Part shown: positions 47,429 to 61,400 of the stretch, piece after piece
How the letters are laid out: each line of letters starts with the position of its first letter
How positions within the stretch are numbered: the stretch's first letter is position 1
Origin: Squalus acanthias
Lineage: Eukaryota
Length of the DNA stretch: 64,000 nucleotides
Assembly (NCBI GenBank): GCA_030390025.1
Contig: JASTWF010000033.1
Coordinates: 1,800,001 to 1,864,000, forward strand
Direction of reading: 5' to 3'
Made by a program: the position numbers and the translations under genes
Notes under the pieces: generated by a model
Told to the model about the DNA's origin: nothing
Databases searched by the model: none
Seen by the model: the letters and a program-made list of their open reading frames with translations, nothing else

Positions 47429-48675
47429 ATGGCAGGGCACCTCATCCCCGTGGAATGCACATCTTGTGCCATGTGGGAACTCCAGTACACTTCCCGTGTC
47501 CTGGACAATCACATGTGCAGGAAGTGTCGTCAGCTGGAGGAGCTCTAACTCCGGGTTTAGGAGCTTGAACATCAACTGGCGTCACTGCGGTGCATCCGTG
47601 ATGCTGAGAGCTACGTGGATAGCACGTTTCAGGAGATGGTCACCCCGCAACCTAAGAGTGCGCAGGCAGAGAGGGAATGGGTGATCGCCAGACAGACAAG
47701 GTGGACCAGGCAGTTAGTGCAGGAGTCTCCTGGGTGCATCTCACTCTCTAACCGATATTCAGTGGTACATACTGGAGAGGGAGTTGGTTCCTCTGGCGAG
47801 TATTTCCAGAGCCAAGTCCAGAGCACCACGGGTGGATCAGCTCTACAGAGGGGGTTGGGGGGTGGGGGGGGGGCGGAGGAGAAAGATCAGGAAAGCAATA
47901 GTGATCGGGGATTCAATAGTTAGGGGAACAGACAATCGTTTCTGCGGCCGCAAACGTGGCTCCAGGATGGTATGTTTCCTCCCTGGTGCCAGGGTCAAGG
48001 ACTGAAGAACATTCTGAGGAGGGTAGTTGAACAGCCAGGGGTCGTGGTCCATATCGGTACCAATGACATTTGTAGAAAGAGGGATGACGACCTACAGGCA
48101 GATTTTAGGGAGCTAGGAAAGAGATTAAAATCAGGACCTCAAAGGTAGTAATCTCCGGATTACTCCCGGTGCCTGTGCTGTGATTATTGAAATAGGAGGA
48201 TAGAGCAGATGAATGAGTGGCTGGAGAGATGGTGCATTAGGGAGTGCTTTAGATTCCTGGGACATTGGGACCGGTTCTCGGGGAGGTGGGGCCTGTACAG
48301 GCCGGGAAAGTTTGCACCTCAACAGGGCCGAAACCAATGGCCTCGACGGGGAGGGGGGTGGGTTGCACGGAGTGTTGGGGAGGATTTAAACTAATTTGGC
48401 AGTGGGTGGGCACCAGGCTGTAGCATTAGAAAGGAGAATCAAGGTGCACAAAGGATTGGGAGAGACGGATAGCACAAGAGTAATAAATAATAAGGTCCTA
48501 TGTGGGGTCAGACTAAGAGAATACAAGACAGGTTTACAGTGCATGTGGGTAAATGCATGAATTGTGGTTAATAAGGTTGTTGAGCTGCAGGCCACATGGC
48601 AATATGTTGTCGTGATGATAATGGAGACATGCTCAAAAAAGGGTAGGATTGGGTACCAAATATTCCTGGGGAGAA
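47429..48675 (+). mobile_element. Degenerate CR1 LINE 5' part: ORF1 (Cys zinc finger, coiled coil, SGNH/GDSL esterase) and the start of the ORF2 AP-endonuclease
   Basis: ATG 47429 MAGHLIPVECTSCAMWE..CRKC, then AIVIGDSIVRG..CFLPGARVKD, VVVHIGTND and NEWLERWC..FRFLGHWD, stop at 48394. Followed by LQCMWVNA..NKVVEL. Multiple stops and frameshifts. Confidence 0.88.
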
Positions 48676-48677
48676 GG

Positions 48678-49474
48678 TCATAGTCTTAGTCACAGAGTCA
48701 TAGATTTATACAGCACAGAAAGAGGCCCTTTGGCCCATCGTGTCCGCGCTGGCCATGAAGCCCCATCTATTCTAATCCCATTTTCCAGCACTTGGTCCGT
48801 AGCCTTGTGTGCTATGGCATTTCAAGTGCTCATCTAAATGCTTCTTGAATGTTGTGAGGTTCCTGCCTCTACCACCCTTTCAGGCAGTGAGTTCCAGATT
48901 CCAACCACCCTCTTGGTGAAAACGTTTTTCCTCAAATCCCCTCTAAACCTTCTGCCCCTTACATTGAAACTATGCCCCCTGGTTATTGACCCCTCTGCTA
49001 AGGGGAAGAGTTCTTTTCTATCTACCGTATCAATGTCCCTCATAATTTTGTACACCTCAATCAGGCTCCCCCCTCAGCCTTCTCTGCTCTAAGGAAAACA
49101 ACCCCAGCCTGTTCAGTTTCTCTTCATAGCTGAAGCGCTCCAGCCCAGGTAACAATCCTGGTGAATCTCCTCTGCACCCTGTCAAATGCAATCACATCCT
49201 TCCTATAGTGTGGCGACCAGAACTGCTCACAGTATTCCAGCTGTGGCCTAACTAGCGTTTTGGACAGCTCCGTCGTAACCTCCCTGCGCTTATATTCTAT
49301 GCCTCGGCGAATGAAGGCAAGTAACCCATTTGCCTTTTTAACCACCTTATCTACCTCTCCTGCTGCCTTCAGGGATCTATGTACATGCACACCAAGGTCC
49401 CTCTGAACCTCCCTCCTTCCTACGGTCCTACCATTCATGGTGTATTCCCTTGCCTTGTTAATCTTCCCAAAATG
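48678..49474 (-). mobile_element. Second CR1 LINE 3' fragment (different subfamily, opposite orientation)
   Basis: QRDLGVHVHRSLK..VVKKANGLLAFI..LVRPQLEYCEQFWSPHYRKD and YKIMRDIDTVD..FTKRVVGIWNSLPERVVEAG, with a degenerate short-repeat tail at 48678-48705. Confidence 0.92.
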
Positions 49475-52400
49475 CTCATTTCAAAAACACAGACAACTCA
49501 TTTCACAAACTCAGGAAGTTCATTTCAGAGACCCAGACAGCTCCATTCACAGATTAGGACAGATCCATTCACAGACTCAGACAGCTCCAATCACAGAAAC
49601 AGACAGCAACATTCACAGACATGGAAAGCTGATTTCAAAAACCCAGACAGCTCATTTCAAAAACAGAGAAAGTTCATTTCACAGATCTAGACGTCTCCAT
49701 TCACATACACGGACAACTCATTTCGGAGATTAAGTCAGCTAAATACACAGACCCAGATAGCTCCATTCACAGACCCAGACATCTCCAATCACAGATCCAG
49801 ACAGCTGCATTCACAGACCCAGACAGCTCCATTCACAGACTCAGACAGCTCCATTCACAGACCCAAACATCTCCATTCACAGACACAGACAGCTCCATTC
49901 ACAGATCCAGACAACTCCATTTAGAAACTCAGACAGCTCCATTCACAGACTCAGACAGCTCCATTTAGAGACTCAGACAGCTCCATTCACAGACTCAGAC
50001 AGCTCCATTTAGAGACTCAGACAGCTCCATTCACAAACTCAGACAGCTCCATTTAGAGACTCAGACAGCTCCATTCACAGACCCAGACAGCTCCATTTAC
50101 AGACCCAGACAGCTCCTTTCACAGACCCAGACAGCTCCATTCACAGACTCAGTTAGCTTCATTCACGGACCCAGGCAGCTGATTTCACAGACCAAGACAG
50201 CACATTTCACAGATCCAGACAGCTCTATTCAAAGACACAGATAGCTCATATCATCGACCAAGACAGCTCCATTTACAGACCCAGACAGCTCCATTTACAG
50301 ATCCAGACAGCTCCATTGACGATAGGTCTTCGACCTGAGACGTTAACTCTGTTTCTCTCTCCACGATTTGTGCCTGGCCTGCAGAGTTTTCCAGCGTTTT
50401 CTGTTGTTAGATTCATTCACAGATTCAGCCAGCTCCATTCACAGACTCAGAAAGTTCATTTCAGAGACCTAGATAGCACCATTCACAGACCCATACAGCT
50501 CCATTCACAGACTCCGAAAGTTCATTTCACAGACCCAGACAGCTCCATTTACAGACTCTGACAGCTCCATTAACAGACCCAAACAGCTCATTTCACAGAC
50601 CCAGACAGCTCCATTTACAGACCCAGACAGCTCCATTGACGATAGGTCTTCGACCTGAAACGTTAACTCTGTTTCTCTCTCCACGGATTGTGCCTGGCCT
50701 GCAGAGTTCTCCAGCGTTTTCTGTTGTTAGATTCATTCACAGATTCAGACAGCTCCATTCACAGACTCAGAAAGTTCATTTCAGAGACCTCGATAAAACC
50801 ATTCACAGACACAGACAGTTCCATTCAGAGACCCAGACAGCTCCATTCACAGACTCCGAAAGTTCATTTTACAGATCCAGACAGTTCCATTCACAGACCC
50901 AGACAGATCCATTCAGAGACTCAGACAGCTCCATTCACAGACCCAGACAACTCCATTCACAAACCCAGACAGCTCCATTTACAGACATGGAAAGCTGATT
51001 TGAACAAAAAACAGACAGCTCATTTCACGAACAGATTCAGACAATTCATTTGACAGACCCAGACATCTGCATTCAGAGACTCAGAAAGCTCATTTCAGAC
51101 ACTCAGACAGCTCCATTCAAAGATCCAGATGGCTGACTTCAAAGATTGTGAAAGCTCAGGTCACAGACGCAGACAGCTCCATTAACCACGTCAGACAGCT
51201 CTATTCACAGACCCAGACAACTCAATTTTCAGACCCAGACAGCTCCATTCACAGACCCAGACAGCTCCATTTAGAGACTCAGACAGCTCCATTCACAGAC
51301 TCAGACAGCTCCATTTAGAGACTCAGACAGCTCCATTCACAGACCCAGACAGCTCCATTTACAGACCCAGACAGCTCCTTTCACAGACCCAGACAGCTCC
51401 ATTCACAGACTCAGTCAGCTTCATTCACGGACCCAGGCTGCTGATTTCACAGACCCAGACAGCACATTTCACAGATCCAGACAGCTCCATTCAAAGACAC
51501 AGACAGCTCATATCATCGACCAAGACAGCTCCATTCACAGATTCAGACAGCTCCATTCACAGACTCCGAAAGTTCATTTCACAGACCCAGACAGCTCCAT
51601 TTACAGACTCCGACAGGTCCATTCACAGACCCAAACAGCTCATTTCACAGACCCAGACAGCTCCATTTACAGACCCAGACAGCTCCATTGACGATAGTTC
51701 TTCGACCTGAAACGTTAACTCTGTTTCTCTCTCCACGGATTGTGCCTGGCCTGCAGAGTTCTCCAGCGTTTTCTGTTGTTAGATTCATTCACAGATTCAG
51801 ACAGCTCCATTCACAGACTCAGAAAGTTCATTTCAGAGACCTCGATAGAACCATTCACAGACACAGACAGTTCCATTCAGAGACCCAGACAGCTCCATTC
51901 ACAGACTCCGAAAGTTCATTTTACAGATCCAGACAGTTCCATTCACAGACCCAGACAGATCCATTCAGAGACTCAGACAGCTCCATTCACAGACCCAGAC
52001 AACTCCATTCACAAACCAAGACAGCTCCATTTACAGACATGGAAAGCTGATTTGAAAAAAACAGACAGCTCATTTCACGAACAGATTCAGACAATTCATT
52101 TGACAGACCCAGACATCTCCATTCAGAAACTCAGAAAGCTCATTTCAGACACTCAGACAGCTCCATTCAAAGATCCAGATGGCTGACTTCAAAGATTGTG
52201 AAAGCTCAGGTCACAGACGAAGACAGCTCCATTAACCACGTCAGACAGCTCTATTCACAGACCCATACAACTCAATTTTCAGACCCAGACAGCACATTTC
52301 ACAGACCCAGACAGCTCATTCACAGACACAGACAGTTCCATTCACAGATCCAGACAGCTCCATTTACAGACTCAGACAGCTCCATTCACAGACCCACACA

Positions 52401-55400
52401 GCTCCATTCACAGACCCAGACAGCTCATTCACAGACACAGATAGCTCCATTCACAGACCCAAACTGCACCATTCTCAGACTCAGACAGCTCCATTCACAG
52501 ATCCAGACAGCTCATTCACAGACACAGATAGCTCAATTCACGGACCAAACAGCACCATTCACATACTCAGACAGATCCATTCACAGACTCAGACATCTCC
52601 ATTCACAGACCCAGAGAGCTCCATTCACAGACCCAGGCAGCACCTTTCACAGACCCAGGCAGCTCCATTCACAGACTCAGACAACTCCATTCACAGACCC
52701 AAACATCTCCATTCACAGACACAGACAGCTCCATTCACAGACCCAGACAACTCCATTTAGAGACTCAGACAGCTCCATTCACAGACTCAGACAGCTCCAT
52801 TTAGAGACTCAGACAGCTCCATTCACAGACTCAGACAGCTCCATTTAGAGACTCAGACAGCTCCATTCACAAACTCAGACAACTCCATTTAGAGACTCAG
52901 ACAGCTCCATTCACAGACCCAGACAGCTCCATTTACAGACCCAGACAGCTCCTTTCACAGACCCAGACAGCTCCATTCACAGACTCAGTCAGCTTCATTC
53001 ACGGACCCAGGCAGCTGATTTCACAGACCCAGACAGCACATTTCACAGATCCAGACAGCTCTATTCAAAGACACAGACAGCTCATATCATCGACCAAGAC
53101 AGCTCCATTTACAGACCCAGACAGCTCCATTTACAGCTCCAGACAGCTCCATTGACGATAGGTCTTCGACCTGAAACGTTAACTCTGTTTCTCTCTCCAC
53201 GATTTGTGCCTGGCCTGCAGAGTTTTCCAGCGTTTTCTGTTGTTAGATTCATTCACAGATTCAGCCAGCTCCATTCACAGACTCAGAAAGTTCATTTCAG
53301 AGACCTAGATAGCACCATTCACAGACCCATACAGCTCCATTCACAGACTCCGAAAGTTCATTTCACAGACCCAGACAGCTCCATTTACAGACTCTGACAG
53401 CTCCATTCACAGACCCAAACAGCTCATTTCACAGACCCAGACAGCTCCATTTACAGACCCAGACAGCTCCATTGACGATAGGTCTTCGACCTGAAACGTT
53501 AACTCTGTTTCTCTCTCCACGGATTGTGCCTGGCCTGCAGAGTTCTCCAGCGTTTTCTGTTGTTAGATTCATTCACAGATTCAGACAGCTCCATTCACAG
53601 ACTCAGAAAGTTCATTTCAGAGACCTCGATAAAACCATTCACAGACACAGACAGTTCCATTCAGAGACCCAGACAGCTCCATTCACAGACTCCGAAAGTT
53701 CATTTTACAGATCCAGACAGTTCCATTCACAGACCCAGACAGATCCATTCAGAGACTCAGACAGCTCCATTCACAGACCCAGACAACTCCATTCACAAAC
53801 CAAGACAGCTCCATTTACAGACATGGAAAGCTGATTTGAAAAAAAACAGACAGCTCATTTCACGAACAGATTCAGACAATTCATTTGACAGACCCAGACA
53901 TCTGCATTCAGAGACTCAGAAAGCTCATTTCAGACACTCAGACAGCTCCATTCAAAGATCCAGATGGCTGACTTCAAAGATTGTGAAAGCTCAGGTCACA
54001 GACGCAGACAGCTCCATTAACCACGTCAGACAGCTCTATTCACAGACCTAGACAACTCAATTTTCAGACCCAGACAGCTCCATTCACAGACCCAGACAGC
54101 TCCATTTAGAGACTCAGACAGCTCCATTCACAGATTCAGACAGCTCCATTTAGAGACTCAGACAGCTCCATTCACAGACCCACACAGCTCCATTCACAGA
54201 CCCAGACAGCTCATTCACAGACACAGATAGCTCCATTCACAGACCCAAACTGCACCATTCTCAGACTCAGACAGCTCCATTCACAGATCCAGACAGCTCA
54301 TTCACAGACACAGATAGCTCAATTCACGGACCAAACAGCACCATTCACATACTCAGACAGATCCATTCACAGACTCAGACATCTCCATTCACAGACCCAG
54401 AGAGCTCCATTCACAGACCCAGGCAGCACCTTTCACAGACCCAGGCAGCTCCATTCACAGACTCAGACAACTCCATTCACAGACCCAAACATCTCCATTC
54501 ACAGACACAGACAGCTCCATTCACAGACCCAGACAACTCCATTTAGAGACTCAGACAGCTCCATTCACAGACTCAGACAGCTCCATTTAGAGACTCAGAC
54601 AGCTCCATTCACAGACTCAGACAGCTCCATTTAGAGACTCAGACAGCTCCATTCACAAACTCAGACAACTCCATTTAGAGACTCAGACAGCTCCATTCAC
54701 AGACCCAGACAGCTCCATTTACAGACCCAGACAGCTCCTTTCACAGACCCAGACAGCTCCATTCACAGACTCAGTCAGCTTCATTCACGGACCCAGGCAG
54801 CTGATTTCACAGACCCAGACAGCACATTTCACAGATCCAGACAGCTCTATTCAAAGACACAGACAGCTCATATCATCGACCAAGACAGCTCCATTTACAG
54901 ACCCAGACAGCTCCATTTACAGCTCCAGACAGCTCCATTGACGATAGGTCTTCGACCTGAAACGTTAACTCTGTTTCTCTCTCCACGATTTGTGCCTGGC
55001 CTGCAGAGTTTTCCAGCGTTTTCTGTTGTTAGATTCATTCACAGATTCAGCCAGCTCCATTCACAGACTCAGAAAGTTCATTTCAGAGACCTAGATAGCA
55101 CCATTCACAGACCCATACAGCTCCATTCACAGACTCCGAAAGTTCATTTCACAGACCCAGACAGCTCCATTTACAGACTCTGACAGCTCCATTCACAGAC
55201 CCAAACAGCTCATTTCACAGACCCAGACAGCTCCATTTACAGACCCAGACAGCTCCATTGACGATAGGTCTTCGACCTGAAACGTTAACTCTGTTTCTCT
55301 CTCCACGGATTGTGCCTGGCCTGCAGAGTTCTCCAGCGTTTTCTGTTGTTAGATTCATTCACAGATTCAGACAGCTCCATTCACAGACTCAGAAAGTTCA

Positions 55401-58400
55401 TTTCAGAGACCTCGATAAAACCATTCACAGACACAGACAGTTCCATTCAGAGACCCAGACAGCTCCATTCACAGACTCCGAAAGTTCATTTTACAGATCC
55501 AGACAGTTCCATTCACAGACCCAGACAGATCCATTCAGAGACTCAGACAGCTCCATTCACAGACCCAGACAACTCCATTCACAAACCAAGACAGCTCCAT
55601 TTACAGACATGGAAAGCTGATTTGAAAAAAAACAGACAGCTCATTTCACGAACAGATTCAGACAATTCATTTGACAGACCCAGACATCTGCATTCAGAGA
55701 CTCAGAAAGCTCATTTCAGACACTCAGACAGCTCCATTCAAAGATCCAGATGGCTGACTTCAAAGATTGTGAAAGCTCAGGTCACAGACGCAGACAGCTC
55801 CATTAACCACGTCAGACAGCTCTATTCACAGACCTAGACAACTCAATTTTCAGACCCAGACAGCTCCATTCACAGACCCAGACAGCTCCATTTAGAGACT
55901 CAGACAGCTCCATTCACAGATTCAGACAGCTCCATTTAGAGACTCAGACAGCTCCATTCACAGACCCAGACAGCTCCATTTACAGACCCAGACAGCTCCT
56001 TTCACAGATCCAGACAGCTCCATTCACAGACTCAGTCAGCTTCATTCACGGACCCAGGCAGCTGATTTCACAGATCCAGATAGCACATTTCACAGATCCA
56101 GACAGCTCCATTCAAAGACACAGACAGCTCATATCATCGACCAAGACAGCTCCATTCACAGATTCAGACAGCTCCATTCACAGACCCAGACAGCTCCATT
56201 CACAGACTCCGAAAGTTCATTTCACAGACCCAGACAGCTCCATTACAGACTCCGACAGCTCCATTCACAGACCCAAACAGCTCATTTCACAGACCCAGAC
56301 AGCTCCATTTACAGACCCAGACAGCTCCATTGACGATAGGTCTTCGACCTGAAACGTTAACTCTGTTTCTCTCTCCACGGATTGTGCCTGGCCTGCAGAG
56401 TTCTCCAGCGTTTTCTGTTGTTAGATTCATTCACAGATTCAGACAGCTCCATTCACGGACTCAGAAAGTTCATTTCAGAGACCTCGATAAAACCATTCAC
56501 AGACACAGACAGTTCCATTCAGAGACCCAGACAGCTCCATTCACAGACTCCGAAAGTTCATTTTACAGATCCAGACAGTTCCATTCACAGACCCAGACAG
56601 ATCCATTCAGAGACTCAGACAGCTCCATTCACAGACCCAGACAACTCCATTCACAAACCAAGACAGCTCCATTTACAGACATGGAAAGCTGATTTGAAAA
56701 AAACAGACAGCTCATTTCACGAACAGATTCAGACAATTCATTTGACAGACCCAGACATCTCCATTCAGAGACTCAGAAAGCTCATTTCAGACACTCAGAC
56801 AGCTCCATTCAAGGATCCAGATGGCTGACTTCAAAGATTGTGAAAGCTCAGATCACAGACGCAGACAGCTCCATTAACCACGTCAGACAGCTCTATTCAC
56901 AGACCCAGACAACTCAATTTTCAGACCCAGACAGCACATTTCACAGTCCCAGACAGCTCATTCACAGACACAGACAGTTCCATTCACAGATCCAGACAGC
57001 TCCATTTACAGACTCAGACAGCTCCATTCACAGACCCAGACAGCTCCATTCACAGACCCTGACAGCTCCATTCACAGACCCAGACAGCTCATTCACAGAC
57101 ACAGATAGCTCCATTCACAGACCCAAACTGCACCATTCTCAGACTCAGACAGCTCCATTCACAGATCCAGACAGCTCATTCACAGACACAGATAGCTCAA
57201 TTCACGGACCCAAACAGCACCATTCACATACTCAGACAGATCCATTCACAGACCCAGACAGCTCCATTCACAGACCAAGACAGCTCCATTCACAGACCCA
57301 GACAGCTCCATTCACAGACCCAGACAGCTCCATTCACAGACTCAGACAGCTCCATTCACAAACCCAGACAGCTCGATTCACCGACCCAGTCAACTCCATT
57401 CACAGACTCAGACAGCTCCATTCACAGACCCAGATAGCTCCATTCACAGACCCAGACAACTCCATTCACAAACCCAGACAGCTCATTCACCGACACAGAT
57501 AGCTCCATTCACAGACCCAAACAGCACCATTCACAGACACAGACAGCTCCATTCACAGATCCAGACAGCTCCATTTAGAGACTCAGACAGCTCCATTCAC
57601 AGACTTAGACAGCTCCATTTAGAGACTCAGTCAGCTTCATTCACAGACCCAGACAGCTCCATTTACAGACCCAGACAGCTCCTTTCACAGACACATACAG
57701 CTCCATTCACAGACTCAGTCAGCTTCATTCACGGACCCAGGCAGCTGATTTCACAGACCCAGACAGCACATTTCACAGATCCAGACAGCTCCATTCAAAG
57801 ACACAGACAACTCATTTCATCGACCAAGACAGCTCAATTTACAGACCCAGACAGCTCAATTTACAGACCCAGACAGCTCCATTGACGATAGGTCTTCGAC
57901 CTGAAACGTTAACTCTGTTTCTCTCTCCACGATTTGTGCCTGGCCTGCAGAGCTTTCCAGCGTTTTATGTTGTTAAATTCATTCACAGATTCAGACAGCT
58001 CCATTCACAGACTCAGAAAGATCATTTCAGAGACCTTGATAGCACCATTCACAGACACAGACAGTTCCATTCACAGACCCATACAGCTCCATTCGCAGAC
58101 TCCGAAAGTTCATTTCACAGATCCAGACAGCTCCATTCACAGACCCAGACAACTCCATATACAAACCCAGACAGCTGCATTGCAGACCCAGACAGCTGCA
58201 TTTACAGACTCAGGCAGCTCAATTCACAGACCCAGACAGCTCCATTCACAGACACAGACAGCTCCATTTACAGACTCTCGCAGCTCCATTCACAGACATA
58301 GACAGCTCCATTCACAGACCCAGAGAGCTCCATTCACAGACACAGACAGCTCCATTCACAAATCCAGACAGCTCAATTCACAGCCCAAGAAAGCTTCTTT

Positions 58401-61400
58401 CACAGACCCAGACAGCTAGATTTACATACCCAGACAGCTCCATTCACAGACCCAGACAGCTCCATTTACAGACTCTGGCAGCTCCATTCACAGACACAGA
58501 CACAGACAGCTCCATTCACAGACCCAAAAAGCTAGATTTACAGACCCAGACAGCTCCATTTAGAGACCCAGACAGCTCCATTTACAGATTCTCGCAGCTC
58601 CATTCACAGACCCAGACAGCTTTTTCACAGACCCAGACAGCTCCATTCACTGACCGAGTCAGCTCCATTCACAGACTCTGGCAGCTCCATTCACAGACAC
58701 AGACAGCTCCATTTACAGAGCCAGACAGCTCCATTCACAAACTCAGACAGCTCCATTCACAGACCTAGACAGCTCATTCACAGACACAGATAGCTCCATT
58801 CACAGACTCAGACATGTCCATTCACAGATCCAGACATCACCATTCACAGACCAGAAAACACATTTCACAGACCCAGACAGCTACATTCACATACTCGGTA
58901 ACCTCATTTCACAGACACAGACAGCTCCATTCACAGACTCAGACAGCTCCATTCACAGACTCAGACAGCACCATTCACAGACTCAGACAGCCGCATTCAC
59001 AGACTCAGACAGCTCCATTCACAGACTCAGACAGCACAATTCACAGACTCAGACAGATCCATTCACAGACTCAGACAGCACCATTCACAGACCCAGGCAG
59101 CTACATTCACAGACCCAGACAGCTCCAGTCACAGACCCAGACAGCTCCACTCACAGACCGAGACATCTCCATTCACAGATCCAGACATCACCATTCACAG
59201 ACCAGACAACTCATTTCACAGACTCAGACGTCTTCAATCACAGACCGAGACAACTCCATTCACAGACTCAGGCAGCTCCATTCACAGACCCAGACAGCAC
59301 ATTTCACAGATCCAGACAGCTCCATTCACAGATTCAGACAGCTCATTTCACAGATTCAGACAGCTCATTTCACAGACGCAGACAGCTCCATTCACAGACC
59401 CAGACAGCTCATTTCACAGATTCAGACAGCTCATTTCACACACACAGACAGCTCCATTCACAGACACAGGCAGTTCCATTCACAGGCCCAGACAGCACCA
59501 TTCACAGACCCAGACAGCTCCATTCACAGACCCAGACAGCTCCATTCACAGACACAGACAGCTCATTTCACAGATTCAGACAGCTCATTTCACAGACGCA
59601 GACAGCTCCATTCACAGACACAGGCAGTTCCATTCACAGGCCCAGACAGCTCCATTCACAGACACAGACAGCTCCATTCACAGATGCAGACATCTCTATT
59701 CACAGACTCAGACAGCACAATTCACAGACCCAGACAGCACCATTCACAGACCCAGACAGCTCCATTCAGAGACCCAGACAGCTCAATTCACAGATCCAGA
59801 CATCACCATTCACAGACCAGACAACTCATTTCACAGACTCAGACAGCACCATTCACAGACCCAGACAGCTCCATTCACAGACCCAGACAGCTCCATTTAA
59901 AGACTCAGACAGCTCCATTCACAGACCCAGACAGCTCAATTCACAGACCCAGACAGATACATTCACAGACCGAGACAGCTCCATTTGCAGACTCAGACAT
60001 CTCCATTCACAGACTCAGACAGCTCCATTCACAGACGCAGACAGCTCCATTCACAGTCTCAGAAAGCTAATTTCACAGACCCAGACAGCTGCATTCACAG
60101 ACTCAGACAGCTCCATTCACAGTATCCGAAACATAATTTCACAGATCCACACAGCTCCATTCACAGATCCAGACAGATCCATTCACAGACCCAGACTGCT
60201 AAATTCAGAGAAACAGACAGCAACATTCACAGACATGGAAAGCTGATTTCAAAAACACAGACAGCTCATTTCACAAATCTCAGAAAGTTCATTTAACAGA
60301 CCCAGACAGCTCCATTCATGACACAGACAATTCATTTCATGACCTGTACAGCTCCAATCGCAGACTCAGTCATCTAAATTCACAGACCCAGGCTTCTCCA
60401 ATCACAGACCCAGACAGCTCCATTCACAGACCCAGACAGTTCCATTCACAGACTGAGAATGTTCATTTCACAGAACCAGACAGCTCCATTCACAGACCCA
60501 GACAGCTCATTTCACAGACCCAGACAGCTCCATTCACAGACTCTGACAGCTCCATTCACAGACCAAGACAGCTCATTTCACAGACACAGACAGCTCATTT
60601 CACAGACCCAGACAGCTTCAATCACAGACCGAGACAACTCCATTCACAGACTCAGACAGCTCCATTCAGAGACCCAGACATCACATTTCACAGACTCAGA
60701 CAGCTCCATTCACAGATTCAGACAGCTCATTTCACAGACCCAGACAGCTCCATTCACATACTCTGACAGCTCCATTCACAGACCCGGACAGCTCATTTCA
60801 CAGACCGAGACAGCTCATTTCACAGACCCAGACAGCTCCATTCACAGACTCAGACAGCTCCATTCACAGACCCAGACAGCTCCAATCACAGACCCAGACA
60901 GCTCCATTCACAGACCCAGACAGCTCCATTCACAGATTCAGACTGCTCCATTCACAGACGCAGACAGCTCTATTCACAGACTCAGACAGCTCAATTCACA
61001 GACCCAGACAGCACCATTCACAGACCCAGACAGCTCCATTCAGAGACCCAGACAGCTCAATTCACAGACCCAGACAGCACCATTCACAGAACCAGACAGC
61101 TCCATTCACAGACACAGACAGCTCCAATTAAAGACTCAGACAGCTCCATTCACAGACCCAGACAGCTCAATTCACAGACCCAGACAGATACATTCACAGA
61201 CCGAGACAGCTCCATTTGCAGACTCAGACATCTCCCTTCACAGACTCAGACAGCTCCATTCACAGACGCAGACAGCTCCATTCACAGTCTCAGAAAGCTA
61301 ATTTCACAGACAAAACAGCTGCATTCACAGACTCAGACAGCTCCATTCACAGTATCCAAAACATAATTTCACAGATGCACACAGCTCCATTCACAGATCC

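Noticed and set aside
47429..49474. Single CR1 with a twin-priming inversion, or a cellular GDSL esterase gene
   Set aside because: The 3' tail lies at the internal junction, which fits two separate insertions. The esterase motifs belong to a decayed CR1 ORF1.
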